Of a DNA stretch of 64,000 nt, positions 28,704-38,195 are shown piece by piece. This stretch comes from an uncultured Acidimicrobiales bacterium (GTDB lineage Bacteria > Actinomycetota > Acidimicrobiia > Acidimicrobiales > SHLQ01). The DNA lies in assembly GCA_938038815.1 (NCBI GenBank), contig CALHTF010000056.1, forward strand, positions 559-64,558, written 5' to 3'. The notes under the pieces are model-generated. The model was not told the DNA's origin. It saw only the letters and a list, made by a program, of their open reading frames with translations, and ran no database searches. How positions within the stretch are numbered: the stretch's first letter is position 1; the number at the start of each line of letters is the position of its first letter. The position numbers and the translations under genes were made by a program.

Positions 28704-28757
28704 CCGTTCTGATTGCAGTTGAGCCGCGCAGCGCGGTTCAACGGCGAAAATTTCGGG
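28704..28757 (+). repeat. REP-like 54-nt hairpin element, copy B
   Basis: CCGTTCTGATTGCAGTTGAGCCGCGCAGCGCGGTTCAACGGCGAAAATTTCGGG, starting 5 nt after the ACAD stop, in a convergent intergenic gap. Homologous to 19771-19824. Confidence 0.75.
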
Positions 28758-28762
28758 AGGGG

Positions 28763-29479
28763 TTAGGCGGTGAGGGCCTTGAGGGCGGTTTCGATCATCT
28801 GGTTGATGGCGTCCTTTACGACGGTGCGGTCGGGGTTGTAGCCCTCCATTGCTTCGTCGGCCTTGGCCAGTGGGTTGCCATCGACGGTCAAGATCGCTCC
28901 GGCGCGAGCACCAGCGAGCGATGCAGCGACGAACAGCGCCGCGCACTCCATCTCGACGGCGATGCAGTTGGCGCTCTGCCATAGTTCGAGGTTTGAGCCG
29001 AGGACCTGCGATGGATAGAACACATCGCTCGTGAGCACGATGCCGTAATGCGGACTACCGGCCGCCGACAACAGGGCGTGTGTCAGCCCGGGGTCGGCCA
29101 CCGCTGGATACTCGGGAGGCACCACGCCTTGGCTGTAGCCGTCGGCTCGAACCGCGCCTGTGGCGACGACCAGGTCGCCGTCAGATACCGAGTCCTGAAG
29201 CCCACCACACGTTCCGGCCCGGATGATCTTGGTTGCACCGGCCATGAGTATCTCCGAGAAGCAGACCCCAGCACCGGCGCTGCCGACCCCGTGGCTGATC
29301 ACCACCACATCGGTGCCGGCGTAGGTTCCGCCAAAGCTGTGGTACTCGCGTCGAGCGTCGATTGGCTTTGCGTTATCAAGATGTTCGGCCACCAGCGTGG
29401 CCCGGCCTGGATCGCCGACCACCAGCACGTTGGGTGCCAAGCCAGATCGAGGTAAGCCAGTAATCGGGAAGGTCGTCAT
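28763..29479 (-). CDS. Nucleoside phosphorylase (PNP_UDP_1 family; uridine/purine nucleoside phosphorylase)
   Basis: Start at MTTFPITG (ATG 29479). Shows VLVVGDPGRA, IIRAGTCGG, and VEMECAALF. The 342-aa longest ORF would overlap the upstream gene. Confidence 0.9.
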   Translation of the reverse strand: MTTFPITGLPRSGLAPNVLVVGDPGRATLVAEHLDNAKPIDARREYHSFGGTYAGTDVVVISHGVGSAGAGVCFSEILMAGATKIIRAGTCGGLQDSVSDGDLVVATGAVRADGYSQGVVPPEYPAVADPGLTHALLSAAGSPHYGIVLTSDVFYPSQVLGSNLELWQSANCIAVEMECAALFVAASLAGARAGAILTVDGNPLAKADEAMEGYNPDRTVVKDAINQMIETALKALTA

Positions 29480-29490
29480 GACCCGACAGT

Positions 29491-31029
29491 CTAGGACTCT
29501 TGGTCGGCTGGGGCGGGAGGATCGAGCAGCGGACGGTAGCTGCTTCGGTCGAGGCTCTGGGGCACAAAGCAGTCCCGGCCTTGGGTCGGGCACAGACCGC
29601 TGCTGAACGGTAGGTATTGCAGCAGCAGGGCCCGGTCGGCGAGCCAATGTTTGTCGGCATCGAAACTGCCACTTGCGCCCAGTGGCATCTGCAAGCGCCG
29701 TTCGGCCTCGAGTCCGGCCACAAAGTCCGAAACGGTGAAGTTGAGGGGGCCGCGGTCGAGCGCCGACTTCACCAGGTACATCAACAAACATTCGGTGTAG
29801 CCAATATCGCCCGGCGGTTCGACCGAATCGGCCGCCGCGCCGCGGGTACTGCGCTCCTCGAGCCCGGCGCTGAACGTCCAGTCACCTCGGGGGCCCATGT
29901 TGGCGTACTCGCCGTTGAGGAAGTTGTTCCAGCCCACCCGACATTCGGTGGCGATGGGGGTCTCGGGCAGTACCGTGCCGCCGTAGGTGCCGAGCGCTTG
30001 GGCCCCGTACCACCCCTGACCCAACCGGCTGGCGGCGAACGGGTCAGCGATGTTGTCAACATCGACGATGAGGTTGTTCCATTCGGCCCCGAGCCGACGC
30101 ATCTCGTCGCCGAACGGACCGGCGATGGTCGAGTTCGACAACATCACCAGGGTCTCGGTCTGGCCGGTGATGAGTTCCTCGACTTTCGTTGGCAAGGTTT
30201 CTATCGCCGCCTCGACCCCTTGGCTGGTGGGGATTTCCTGGGTCACGACGTCGTACCCAAGGTCGTCGAGCGCTTGTGCGGCTGCTTCGGCCGACGCGGC
30301 GTCGACCACACCGTCGTTGTGCACGACGGCCACCCGTCCGACGAGCAAACCCTCTTTTTCGAACCGATCGATGGCGGTCATGGCCAGAACTTCTCGGGGA
30401 GGTTCGAGACTAAAGATCAGACCGTCGCCGTTGTCGAAGTCGGCGAGGTTGGGGTTTTCGCCCACGATGACCGGCCGGGCGTACTGATCGACGAGGCACT
30501 CGGTAGCGACGGTTTCAAGACCGGCAACGTTGAGAACCACAAAGGCGTCGCGCTCCTCGGCGATCCGGTCGCATGCGGTAAGGAGCGACTCGGGCGCCAG
30601 CGGGTCGTAGCTCGCGACCACGACTTCGACTCGACGACCCTGGATGCCGCCGGCGTCGTTGATGCGGGCCTGCTCGGCCCGCCATCGATCGGTTTGCATC
30701 GAAACGGTGAGGTTCTCGACGAAGCCCGACCCAATGAGTGAGTTGACGTCGCGCAGGATGACCCCGATGCGGATCGTGGTGTCGGTTACCCCAGGTGCGC
30801 TAGCCACCGGCGTGTCCTGCTGAAGGAGCTCGACGGGTGCCGCTTCGGGCGGCTCGTCGGGTGCTTCGTCGTCGGTGGAGTCTGGCCGATCGTTCAGATT
30901 CGCTTCGGCTTCGGCTGCCGCTTCGGACGGCTCTGGTGCGGCGCTGCTACACGCCGCGGCGAGGAGCGCGAGGGCCAGGAGAAGCACCGAGAGTCGGCGC
31001 TGCCGGAAACGGGTGGCAGAGGTGGTCAC
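29491..31029 (-). CDS. Type-1 periplasmic-binding-fold (LivJ-like) ABC substrate-binding lipoprotein, orphan
   Basis: RLSVLLLALALLAAACSS gives a signal peptide plus lipobox, followed by an acidic linker and then IRIGVIL...GGIQGRRVEV (Peripla_BP_6-like). Probable GTG start at 31029 (ORF extends to 31149). No permease or ATPase gene is adjacent. Confidence 0.7.
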   Translation of the reverse strand: MTTSATRFRQRRLSVLLLALALLAAACSSAAPEPSEAAAEAEANLNDRPDSTDDEAPDEPPEAAPVELLQQDTPVASAPGVTDTTIRIGVILRDVNSLIGSGFVENLTVSMQTDRWRAEQARINDAGGIQGRRVEVVVASYDPLAPESLLTACDRIAEERDAFVVLNVAGLETVATECLVDQYARPVIVGENPNLADFDNGDGLIFSLEPPREVLAMTAIDRFEKEGLLVGRVAVVHNDGVVDAASAEAAAQALDDLGYDVVTQEIPTSQGVEAAIETLPTKVEELITGQTETLVMLSNSTIAGPFGDEMRRLGAEWNNLIVDVDNIADPFAASRLGQGWYGAQALGTYGGTVLPETPIATECRVGWNNFLNGEYANMGPRGDWTFSAGLEERSTRGAAADSVEPPGDIGYTECLLMYLVKSALDRGPLNFTVSDFVAGLEAERRLQMPLGASGSFDADKHWLADRALLLQYLPFSSGLCPTQGRDCFVPQSLDRSSYRPLLDPPAPADQES

Positions 31030-31244
31030 AGCGGCCGAACCTACCGGTGAGGGTGCAAAGCTGCCATAAACGACGCCCCGACGACTCCGGCCCGCGTCGT
31101 GGGAGCGACGTGGGGGAGCAGGAGGGGGAGGTGTGGGGTGAAATGTCATCGAGTGTCGGCCTAGTTTTTGGCCACTTCGTTTGGCGGTGGGGTGTTCGCA
31201 GCGGTCTATCCTGACGTTCTAGCTACCTGAGGAGCAAGCTCGCC

Positions 31245-32399
31245 ATGCCCGAAGCCTTTATCGTCGACGCCGTTCGTACCCCGGTCGGGAAACGTGGAGG
31301 CGGACTTTCCGGTGTGCATTCGGCCGATCTTGGTGCTCATCCGATTCAGGCGCTCGTCGAACGCACCGGTATCGATCCTGAGCGGGTCGACGACGTTATC
31401 TACGGGTGCTGCGACACGATTGGTCCTCAGGCCGGCGATATTGCCCGTACGGCCTGGTTGGCGGCCGGCATGCCCGAAGCGGTTCCCGGAGTCACCATCG
31501 ACCGCCAGTGCGGTTCGGGTCAACAAGCGGTGAGCTTCGCCGCCATGGGTGTGATGGCCGGGGTTCAGGACCTCGTCGTGGCCGGCGGCGTACAGAACAT
31601 GAGTCAAATTCCCATCAGCTCGGCGATGACCCTCGCCGGGCCGCTCGACCTCGGCGACAACCCGTTCCACGGCTCGACCGGTTGGGTCGACCGGTACGGC
31701 ACCCAAGAGGTCAGTCAGTTCCGTGGCGCCGAGTTGATCGCCGAGAAGTGGAACATCAGCCGCGAGACGATGGAAGAGTTCGCCTTTGCGAGCCACGAGC
31801 GGGCGCTGACCGCCATCGACGAGGGTCGTTTCGAACGCGAGATCGTCCCCCTGGGCGACGTGTCGGTCGACGAAGGGCCCCGACGCGGCGGGTCGATCGA
31901 AAAGATGGCGACCTTGGCGCCACTGCAAGAAGGCGGTCGACTCACCGCTGCGTTGGCGAGCCAACTCTCCGACGGTGCAGCTGCCTTGTTGATCGCGTCC
32001 GAAGCTGCGGTGAAGGAACACAACCTCACCCCGCGGGCCCGTATCCACCACATGAGTGTGCGAGCCGACGACCCGATCTACATGCTGACCGGACCTATCG
32101 CAGCCACCACTCACGCCATGGAAAAGACCGGCATGAGTGTCGACGACATGGATCTGTTCGAGTGCAACGAGGCGTTTGCCTCGGTGCCTCTTGCGTGGAT
32201 GGCAGAACACAACATTCCGCACGAGAAGGTCAACGTGAACGGTGGAGCGATCGCCTTGGGTCATCCGATTGGCTGCACCGGTGCCCGCCTGATGACCACC
32301 CTGCTCAACGAGCTCGAGCGCACCGGTGGTCGTTATGGTCTGCAGACGATGTGTGAAGGCGGCGGTCAGGCCAACGTGACGATTCTCGAACGGCTCTAA
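31245..32399 (+). CDS. Acetyl-CoA C-acyltransferase (thiolase)
   Basis: 384 aa. Active-site Cys in DRQCGSGQQA. C-terminal NVNGGAIALGHPIGCTGARL and CEGGGQA. Confidence 0.95.
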   Translation: MPEAFIVDAVRTPVGKRGGGLSGVHSADLGAHPIQALVERTGIDPERVDDVIYGCCDTIGPQAGDIARTAWLAAGMPEAVPGVTIDRQCGSGQQAVSFAAMGVMAGVQDLVVAGGVQNMSQIPISSAMTLAGPLDLGDNPFHGSTGWVDRYGTQEVSQFRGAELIAEKWNISRETMEEFAFASHERALTAIDEGRFEREIVPLGDVSVDEGPRRGGSIEKMATLAPLQEGGRLTAALASQLSDGAAALLIASEAAVKEHNLTPRARIHHMSVRADDPIYMLTGPIAATTHAMEKTGMSVDDMDLFECNEAFASVPLAWMAEHNIPHEKVNVNGGAIALGHPIGCTGARLMTTLLNELERTGGRYGLQTMCEGGGQANVTILERL

Positions 32400-33349
32400 T
32401 CGGCTAGTTGGTCGATCAGCCCGAGCCGTAACGCCTGTTCGGCGTCGATCGCTCGATCGATCAACAACAACCGGGCGGCCGCCTGGCGGCCAATCCGGTG
32501 GGTGAGCGATACCGTTCCTCCTGCGCCTGGGAGCAGTCCCATCTCCAGCTCTGGTAGTGAGAAGGTGGCGTCGTTGGTCGCGGTCACCGTTTGACCGAAG
32601 GCGGCAAGTTCGAACCCCGCTCCGACGACGGCGCCGTGAACCCGGAAGTTCACTACCGCGGGGCACGCCACGAGTTGGCGAGCAACGCTGCTTGCGAGCC
32701 GGATGGCGTGGGCGGTCGCCGGATCTTGCACCGCCCCGAACTCGGCGAGATCGCCGCCGATGCAGAAGTGTTTCCCGACGCCCGAAATCTCGACCGACTC
32801 CAGTTCAGGTCGCTGGTTAAGCGCCTGCAGTATCGCGTGCAGCTCGTTGCGCATTTCGGTGGTGAATGCGTTCTTCAGCCGAGGTCGGTTGAGCTGAAGT
32901 TCGACCCGGGCGCCGTCGTCGGTGACGATCACCGGTGGGGTAGAGGTAGCGGGCCGCACGCGACGCCGTTGGTTGTTCTTGTCGAGCCACCGCTGGTGCT
33001 CGGCGCCCGCTTGCAGGGTTGCGTAGGCCAACGACTCGCTGATCAACGCTGCTTCGGCTGGTAGTTGTTCGGCCAAGCGGAGTTGTTGCGCGGCCACGGC
33101 TGCCGCCTGCGGGTTTGCGGCGCAGCGGGTGGCTAACTCGGCGACCTCGTGGTCGCCGACGACTACATCGGCGGTCGGATTGGCGGTGCCAACGCTGGCC
33201 ACGACAAATCCCTGCCCGGCCAGAAAGCCAAGGTCAAGGGTAGGCGAGGGCTGGTCGATTGCGACCAGCGAAACCTCGGTAGCTGGCGGCGTGTCACCGG
33301 TGGCAGACGCCTGCAAGGCGTCGGCCGACGACCACCGAACCAGGGTCAT
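32396..33349 (-). CDS. Enoyl-CoA hydratase/isomerase family protein with about 125-aa N-terminal extension
   Basis: Start at MTLVRW (ATG 33349). Crotonase core LNRPRLKNAF...GKHFCIGGDLAEFG. The longest ORF (to 33634) overlaps the next gene. Confidence 0.8.
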   Translation of the reverse strand: MTLVRWSSADALQASATGDTPPATEVSLVAIDQPSPTLDLGFLAGQGFVVASVGTANPTADVVVGDHEVAELATRCAANPQAAAVAAQQLRLAEQLPAEAALISESLAYATLQAGAEHQRWLDKNNQRRRVRPATSTPPVIVTDDGARVELQLNRPRLKNAFTTEMRNELHAILQALNQRPELESVEISGVGKHFCIGGDLAEFGAVQDPATAHAIRLASSVARQLVACPAVVNFRVHGAVVGAGFELAAFGQTVTATNDATFSLPELEMGLLPGAGGTVSLTHRIGRQAAARLLLIDRAIDAEQALRLGLIDQLAD

Positions 33350-33366
33350 AAATTGGGACCTCGGGT

Positions 33367-33675
33367 CTAGTCCGAGGCCGGTAGCTGCTCGGCGTCTTTG
33401 ATCGGCAAAATGGTCTCGCCGAGCGAAACCGATCCTTCGCCGGCCTTGGTGCACAGCAGTTCGAGCGAGGCGTCTTCGTTGACGTACCGCTTGCCCAACG
33501 CACAACCCTCGGTGAACCCGTCGACCGGCGATGCTTCGGGAGCGTCGGTACCGGCGATCACCATCGCAACACCGCCACAGCGAATATCGAGTTCGCCTTC
33601 GGGGGCTTTCACCGCAATGAGTTCGGTGGCGCACACTGCGCTCTTGAGTCGACCGCCAGCCTTGAGTTCAACCAT
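33367..33675 (-). CDS. Hypothetical small protein (102 aa, Cys-containing)
   Basis: ORF with an ATG start, good coding composition, and 17-nt spacing to the downstream crotonase gene. No recognisable motif. Confidence 0.5.
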   Translation of the reverse strand: MVELKAGGRLKSAVCATELIAVKAPEGELDIRCGGVAMVIAGTDAPEASPVDGFTEGCALGKRYVNEDASLELLCTKAGEGSVSLGETILPIKDAEQLPASD

Positions 33676-33777
33676 TTGTGTTGTGTCCCCTTCTCGAAAA
33701 CGTTGGCAAGATCCTACGGTAGTGCCGTTCGTGAAAGACCGTCCAAGTCTCGGTCAGAAGTGGCGGAGGGAACATCA

Positions 33778-34983
33778 ATGTTGAATCCGCGACAATTCGA
33801 ACTCGACCTCGCCGCCGCCATCACCCATGGCGCGCCACGCGCCCAAGACGGTGGCGAGGCGCTCGAGATGTTCACGCGACTCAACGCCGATCCGGGTACC
33901 CGACTACGTCTCGAAGGGCCCTTCCTCGAGCGGGTAGAGGCCACCGCCGCCCTGATATCTGAGCGCGTCGACGGTGTTGGGCTCTTGGTCGAACGGGCGA
34001 TGCACGCTGGACACGTCGGGCCTCGGCAGCGACAAAGCCCGCCGCATTCGGTAGGAGGCTCGGCGGTTTTGCTCGACGCACTCGACGGCCGGTTCGTGCT
34101 CAACCTCGCCCGGCCGGTCGATCGCCAGTCCTTGCCCGCGTTGGTAGGTCGGCCCATCGATCCGTGGGACGAGTCGGCTCTGGTCGACGCCGTTGCCGAG
34201 CTGCGGGTTGTCGACCTCGACCAACAGGCCATGTTGCTCGGACTTGCCGCCGCAGCGGTGCCGAACCGGCCGCTCGGGTGTGACGACGCGCCGGTCGACC
34301 CGCAGCTGGTCGCCCGGGAGCAGGCCCCGGTTCGTGGGCCGGTAAAGGTCGGCGAGGTGGTCGAGTCGGATTTCAACAAACCACAGCTAAAGATCGTCGA
34401 CTTCACGTCGTTGTGGGCTGGCCCGCTGTGCTCGACTCTGATCGCCGATGTGGTGGGCGGCGCGTCGATGGTCACCACCCTCAAGGTGGAGGGCACTGGT
34501 CGTCCCGACGGGGCGCGACGAGGTCCGGCGGCCTTCTTCGAGCGGCTCAACGGCCACAAAACCATGGTTGAGGTCGACTTCGCTTCCGCCACTGGTCGCA
34601 GCCAGATCGCCGAGTTGGTAGCCAGCGCCGATGTCGTACTCGAAGGATCGCGGCCGCGGGTGTTCGAACGCTTGGGTATCGACCCGGCCGAAACCGTGCG
34701 ACAACGGGGCGGGGTTTGGCTGAGTTTCACCGCATACGGGCGCACCGGCCCATGGAGTAACCGGATCGGATTTGGTGACGATGTAGCGGCCGGCGCGGGC
34801 ATCGTGGCCTCGGGCGACCAACCGAGGTTCGTTGGCGACGCGTTGGCCGATCCGGTCGGGGCGCTGGTCGGCGCAGCCGCCGCGCTGCACGCTCTGCGGA
34901 TAGGCGCCGGTTGTGTCATCGATGTAGCGCTACGCGAAGCACTTGGATTCCTCTGGGGCGATACCACAGCACACCAGATTTAA
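33778..34983 (+). CDS. Family III CoA-transferase (CaiB/BaiF-like)
   Basis: ATG 33778 is preceded by ggaggg. Shows DFTSLWAGPLCSTLIAD and VVLEGSRPRVFERLGID, typical of CoA_transf_3. Confidence 0.85.
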   Translation: MLNPRQFELDLAAAITHGAPRAQDGGEALEMFTRLNADPGTRLRLEGPFLERVEATAALISERVDGVGLLVERAMHAGHVGPRQRQSPPHSVGGSAVLLDALDGRFVLNLARPVDRQSLPALVGRPIDPWDESALVDAVAELRVVDLDQQAMLLGLAAAAVPNRPLGCDDAPVDPQLVAREQAPVRGPVKVGEVVESDFNKPQLKIVDFTSLWAGPLCSTLIADVVGGASMVTTLKVEGTGRPDGARRGPAAFFERLNGHKTMVEVDFASATGRSQIAELVASADVVLEGSRPRVFERLGIDPAETVRQRGGVWLSFTAYGRTGPWSNRIGFGDDVAAGAGIVASGDQPRFVGDALADPVGALVGAAAALHALRIGAGCVIDVALREALGFLWGDTTAHQI

Positions 34984-35088
34984 GGCTGAAACCGCAGCGG
35001 TTTGTGCCCCTTTGGGCCTTCAAGATCCGGCGCTTCGTGCCGATGGTTTGATCAGGAACTGGATGATCTTCAGTTCGGAAGGACCACA

Positions 35089-36975
35089 ATGTTCACCAAC
35101 TCACTGCATCGACTCATGGCGGTACTCGTTGCAATGACCGTGCTAGCCACCGGTTGTTACTCCCTCGACAGCAATCTGTCGGTGAACGAGGACGGGTCCG
35201 GAACCTTCGTCGCCGAGTTCCTCATCGACAAGGACACCTCGCCGGACACGCTCCAGGTCGGCAACGACTTGGTCGCTCCATGCGACGCCGCGACGTCGAT
35301 GCGAAACGTTGCTCCGGCTGGAGCCATCTTCACCGAGCTCGATGGCGGTGGCGAGTGTGGTGCCCGACTCGAGATGACCTTCGCCGATCTCGATGAACTG
35401 CAGGCTGGGCTCAACTCGCTAAGCAGCGAGGCTCGCTTCTCCGCCTTTGGCCATTTCCCGGCGGTCGCCGTAACCGAATCCAACGGCAACTGGTCGATGG
35501 AAGCGCAATTTAAGGCGCCGGTTCCCGACACGATTGGTGACCAGGCGGCCTTCCGTGACGAGGTTGGCGCTGGCCAATTCAACTTTGCGGTCAAGCTGCC
35601 CGGTCGACAGGTGCAACACAACGCCACCCGTATTGCCCAAGATGGCTCGATGGTGTGGGAGATCAATCCGTTGGTCGACGGCAGTAAGACCCTCTTTGTG
35701 CAGACCGAGCCGGGGGCCACGATTCTTGGCGAAAGCACCGATGGTGGATTTCCGACTGGCTTGTTGTTCCTCATCATGTTGCTGGCCGCAGGTATGGCGG
35801 CGGCGATGATTGTTGGAAACTCTCGTCGCAAACGTCAGTACGAAGGCGACGAAGAAGACGACGGCGAAATGATCGAGATCAGCGAACGCTTGGGAATGGG
35901 ACGCAAGCGGGTCAAAGACGCCGGCACCGATGTTGTCATGCCCGACTTCGATGACGCCGATGCTCCGGCTCTCGCCGGCCCGGCCTCGGCCGAGCGAGTC
36001 TCGCTGTTCGGTGCTCCTGAGTCGTCAACTGATCTGACTACTGCTGGGCCAGAGCTCCACAGCGACAACCTCGGCGGGTCCGGGTCGGAACCGGACTCGG
36101 AGTCGGTACGCGACCTCGGCGATCAGCTGGCCATGTACGGCGAGGCTGCCGAGGTCGCCGACTCGTCAGAGCTCGACGAGGTCCCCGATTCTCCGCCACC
36201 AGCCCCCGCACCCATGGGCGTTGCGCCTGCGTCGGTGGCCTCGTGGCCCGCAGCGCCGTTCGACGATGTTGCTAGCCGGACCTTTGGCGACCCCGCCAGT
36301 ACGGGAGAAGCTGAAGTTCTCGACACCGAACCGGTTGCCAACACCTGGCTGACCGACGTGGCGAAAATGACCAGCACCGAACCCGCAGAGGCACCTCCGG
36401 CCCCACAGGTGCCGTCCGGTAACGCGTGGCTGAGCAATGATGAACTGGGCGACTTCGCATCGCCAGACAATTTCGCAACAGCTCCAAACGACGTTGCATC
36501 GCCAGCACTGATTGGCGCCGATGCCCCCGCCGCCGAGCTCGATGCGCCGGCGATGGCCGCACCAAACCTGTTGAGCGAGACCTCACGGCAACCAGCCTGG
36601 CCCCAGGGAACGATCGGCGTCGCGACCGCTGAGGCGGCCGACGCCGGACCCGCAGCGTGGCCCCAGCCCGTCGAGTCGAGCCTGGCTGCTCCTCCGGCGA
36701 TGCCTGAGTCGAGTTTGGCTGCTCCGCCGGCGATGCCTGAGTCGAGTCTTGCCCCTCCCGCGGCGGCTGCACCCGAGGTGCAATCCACGCTTGCGCCCCC
36801 TCCGATGGAACGCCCAACGCCGCAACCTGAGTCGGTAGTCGAGGACACACCAACCCTCAACGACATGACGTGGGACCCGCAGCGCAACGCCTACGTTCTG
36901 TTCGACAAGCGTCGCAACGCCTGGATGTTGTTCGACGACGCAACCCAGAGCTGGTCGACCATCGAGCGTTCCTGA
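35089..36975 (+). CDS. Lipoprotein-anchored extracytoplasmic domain, one TM segment, and a long acidic/proline-rich tail protein
   Basis: ATG 35089 after ggaagga. Lipobox LATGC. About 220-aa ectodomain, TM segment LLFLIMLLAAGMAAAMIVG, then about 370 aa of low-complexity D/E/P/A-rich sequence with tandem repeats. Confidence 0.7.
   Translation: MFTNSLHRLMAVLVAMTVLATGCYSLDSNLSVNEDGSGTFVAEFLIDKDTSPDTLQVGNDLVAPCDAATSMRNVAPAGAIFTELDGGGECGARLEMTFADLDELQAGLNSLSSEARFSAFGHFPAVAVTESNGNWSMEAQFKAPVPDTIGDQAAFRDEVGAGQFNFAVKLPGRQVQHNATRIAQDGSMVWEINPLVDGSKTLFVQTEPGATILGESTDGGFPTGLLFLIMLLAAGMAAAMIVGNSRRKRQYEGDEEDDGEMIEISERLGMGRKRVKDAGTDVVMPDFDDADAPALAGPASAERVSLFGAPESSTDLTTAGPELHSDNLGGSGSEPDSESVRDLGDQLAMYGEAAEVADSSELDEVPDSPPPAPAPMGVAPASVASWPAAPFDDVASRTFGDPASTGEAEVLDTEPVANTWLTDVAKMTSTEPAEAPPAPQVPSGNAWLSNDELGDFASPDNFATAPNDVASPALIGADAPAAELDAPAMAAPNLLSETSRQPAWPQGTIGVATAEAADAGPAAWPQPVESSLAAPPAMPESSLAAPPAMPESSLAPPAAAAPEVQSTLAPPPMERPTPQPESVVEDTPTLNDMTWDPQRNAYVLFDKRRNAWMLFDDATQSWSTIERS
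36673..36760 (+). repeat. 33-bp in-frame tandem repeat, about 2.5 copies (ESSLAAPPAMP)
   Basis: gagtcgagcctggctgctcctccggcgatgcct (36673-36705), gagtcgagtttggctgctccgccggcgatgcct (36706-36738), then a diverged partial third unit. Confidence 0.9.
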
Positions 36976-37029
36976 GCCAGCGCTGACGAGGACCCGGTCG
37001 CCTAGACGATCGGTCGTTACCATGGCCGG

Positions 37030-37641
37030 GTGGACGAACGCTCCGACCAACAACGCACGGATCAAACGTTAGGCCGACGCGGCGAGCAGACTCGACAGCG
37101 GTTGCTCGACTCGACGCGCAACCTGCTCAACGAACGCGGGTATCGCGGGTTGCGAGTTGCCGACATTGCCCGTCAGGCCGGTACGAGTCCGGCGACCTTC
37201 TACACCTACTTTGCCGATGTCGAGGCGGCGATCTACACGTTGATGACCACCGTGGTTGCCGAGGCCGACACCCGACTTCGCCAACCGATCGAGAACTCCG
37301 AGTGGACCCCCGACAATGTCGAGGCGCATGCTCGAGCGCTGGCCGAAGAGTTTCTGCACTTTTGGGCCGACCATCACGAGTTGATCAGCGTGGTCGACCT
37401 GCGGGCCGCCGAGGGCGCCGGAGCGTTGAAGGATGTACGAGGCCAACTGTTGCGAGGGGTAAGTAACGCCCTCGAGTCCACCTATGAATCCCGGGTCCAC
37501 GTCGACGCCAAGGGCCGGGCGTTTGTGCTGGTAGCGATGCTGGCCAACGTTGCGGCCCACCAACACGGCATGATCGCTGCTGGAGTAAGCCGGGACGAGC
37601 TGGTGGCAAGCCTGACGAAACAGATGGCCTACGGTTTCTAG
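37030..37641 (+). CDS. TetR family transcriptional regulator
   Basis: 203 aa. HTH TRQRLLDSTRNLLNERGYRGLRVADIARQAGTSPATFYTYF. Confidence 0.9.
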   Translation: MDERSDQQRTDQTLGRRGEQTRQRLLDSTRNLLNERGYRGLRVADIARQAGTSPATFYTYFADVEAAIYTLMTTVVAEADTRLRQPIENSEWTPDNVEAHARALAEEFLHFWADHHELISVVDLRAAEGAGALKDVRGQLLRGVSNALESTYESRVHVDAKGRAFVLVAMLANVAAHQHGMIAAGVSRDELVASLTKQMAYGF

Positions 37642-37704
37642 GCCATTCAGCTCGTTACGCTGTATTTCCTGTTATTTCCGTATTGTTTGTTCTACTGTGG
37701 GCGC

Positions 37705-38061
37705 ATGGCAGCGGGAACAACATCTTCACGAAAACTGCGGATTCCGATCACCCGGGACAAGGTGTCTCACAAGTGGGTGCTCTTTACGATTCTCGTAGCG
37801 CTCAATGTGATGGATCTGATTCTCACCGAGACGGGTTTGAGCCTCGGAGTTCTTGAAGAGAACAACCCATTGATGACCGAAATCGTTACCCGGTGGTGGC
37901 TGGCGGCCATCGTCAAGCTCGGGGCACTCGGTGTGGTTGGCGGGCTGTTCTATCTGATTCGAGAGCGATCCAAAATCGTCGAAGGCGCACTTTGGATTTG
38001 TATTGCCTGGTACACGTGGGTTGTGGCTTGGAACTACAGCCTGATCGTGACCGCTATCTAG
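37705..38061 (+). CDS. DUF5658-like small membrane protein
   Basis: Shows ALNVMDLILTETGL...EENNPLM plus three further TM segments. Preceded by an AT-rich promoter-like gap (37642-37700). Confidence 0.7.
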   Translation: MAAGTTSSRKLRIPITRDKVSHKWVLFTILVALNVMDLILTETGLSLGVLEENNPLMTEIVTRWWLAAIVKLGALGVVGGLFYLIRERSKIVEGALWICIAWYTWVVAWNYSLIVTAI

Positions 38062-38073
38062 AACGCGAAACTC

Positions 38074-38095
38074 GGGCGGGATTCACATCCCGCCC
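38074..38095. terminator. 9-bp GC hairpin after the DUF5658 gene (weak terminator candidate)
   Basis: GGGCGGGAT-tcac-ATCCCGCCC. There is no clean T-tract on either strand. Confidence 0.35.
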
Positions 38096-38195
38096 AAAGA
38101 TCCCAGTAGGGGCACTTCTGGTTCGTTCCGATCACTGTGGGGGTGATCGGGGCGGACCAGATGCGTTTTTGGATCAGAACCCCTAACGTTGCGTC

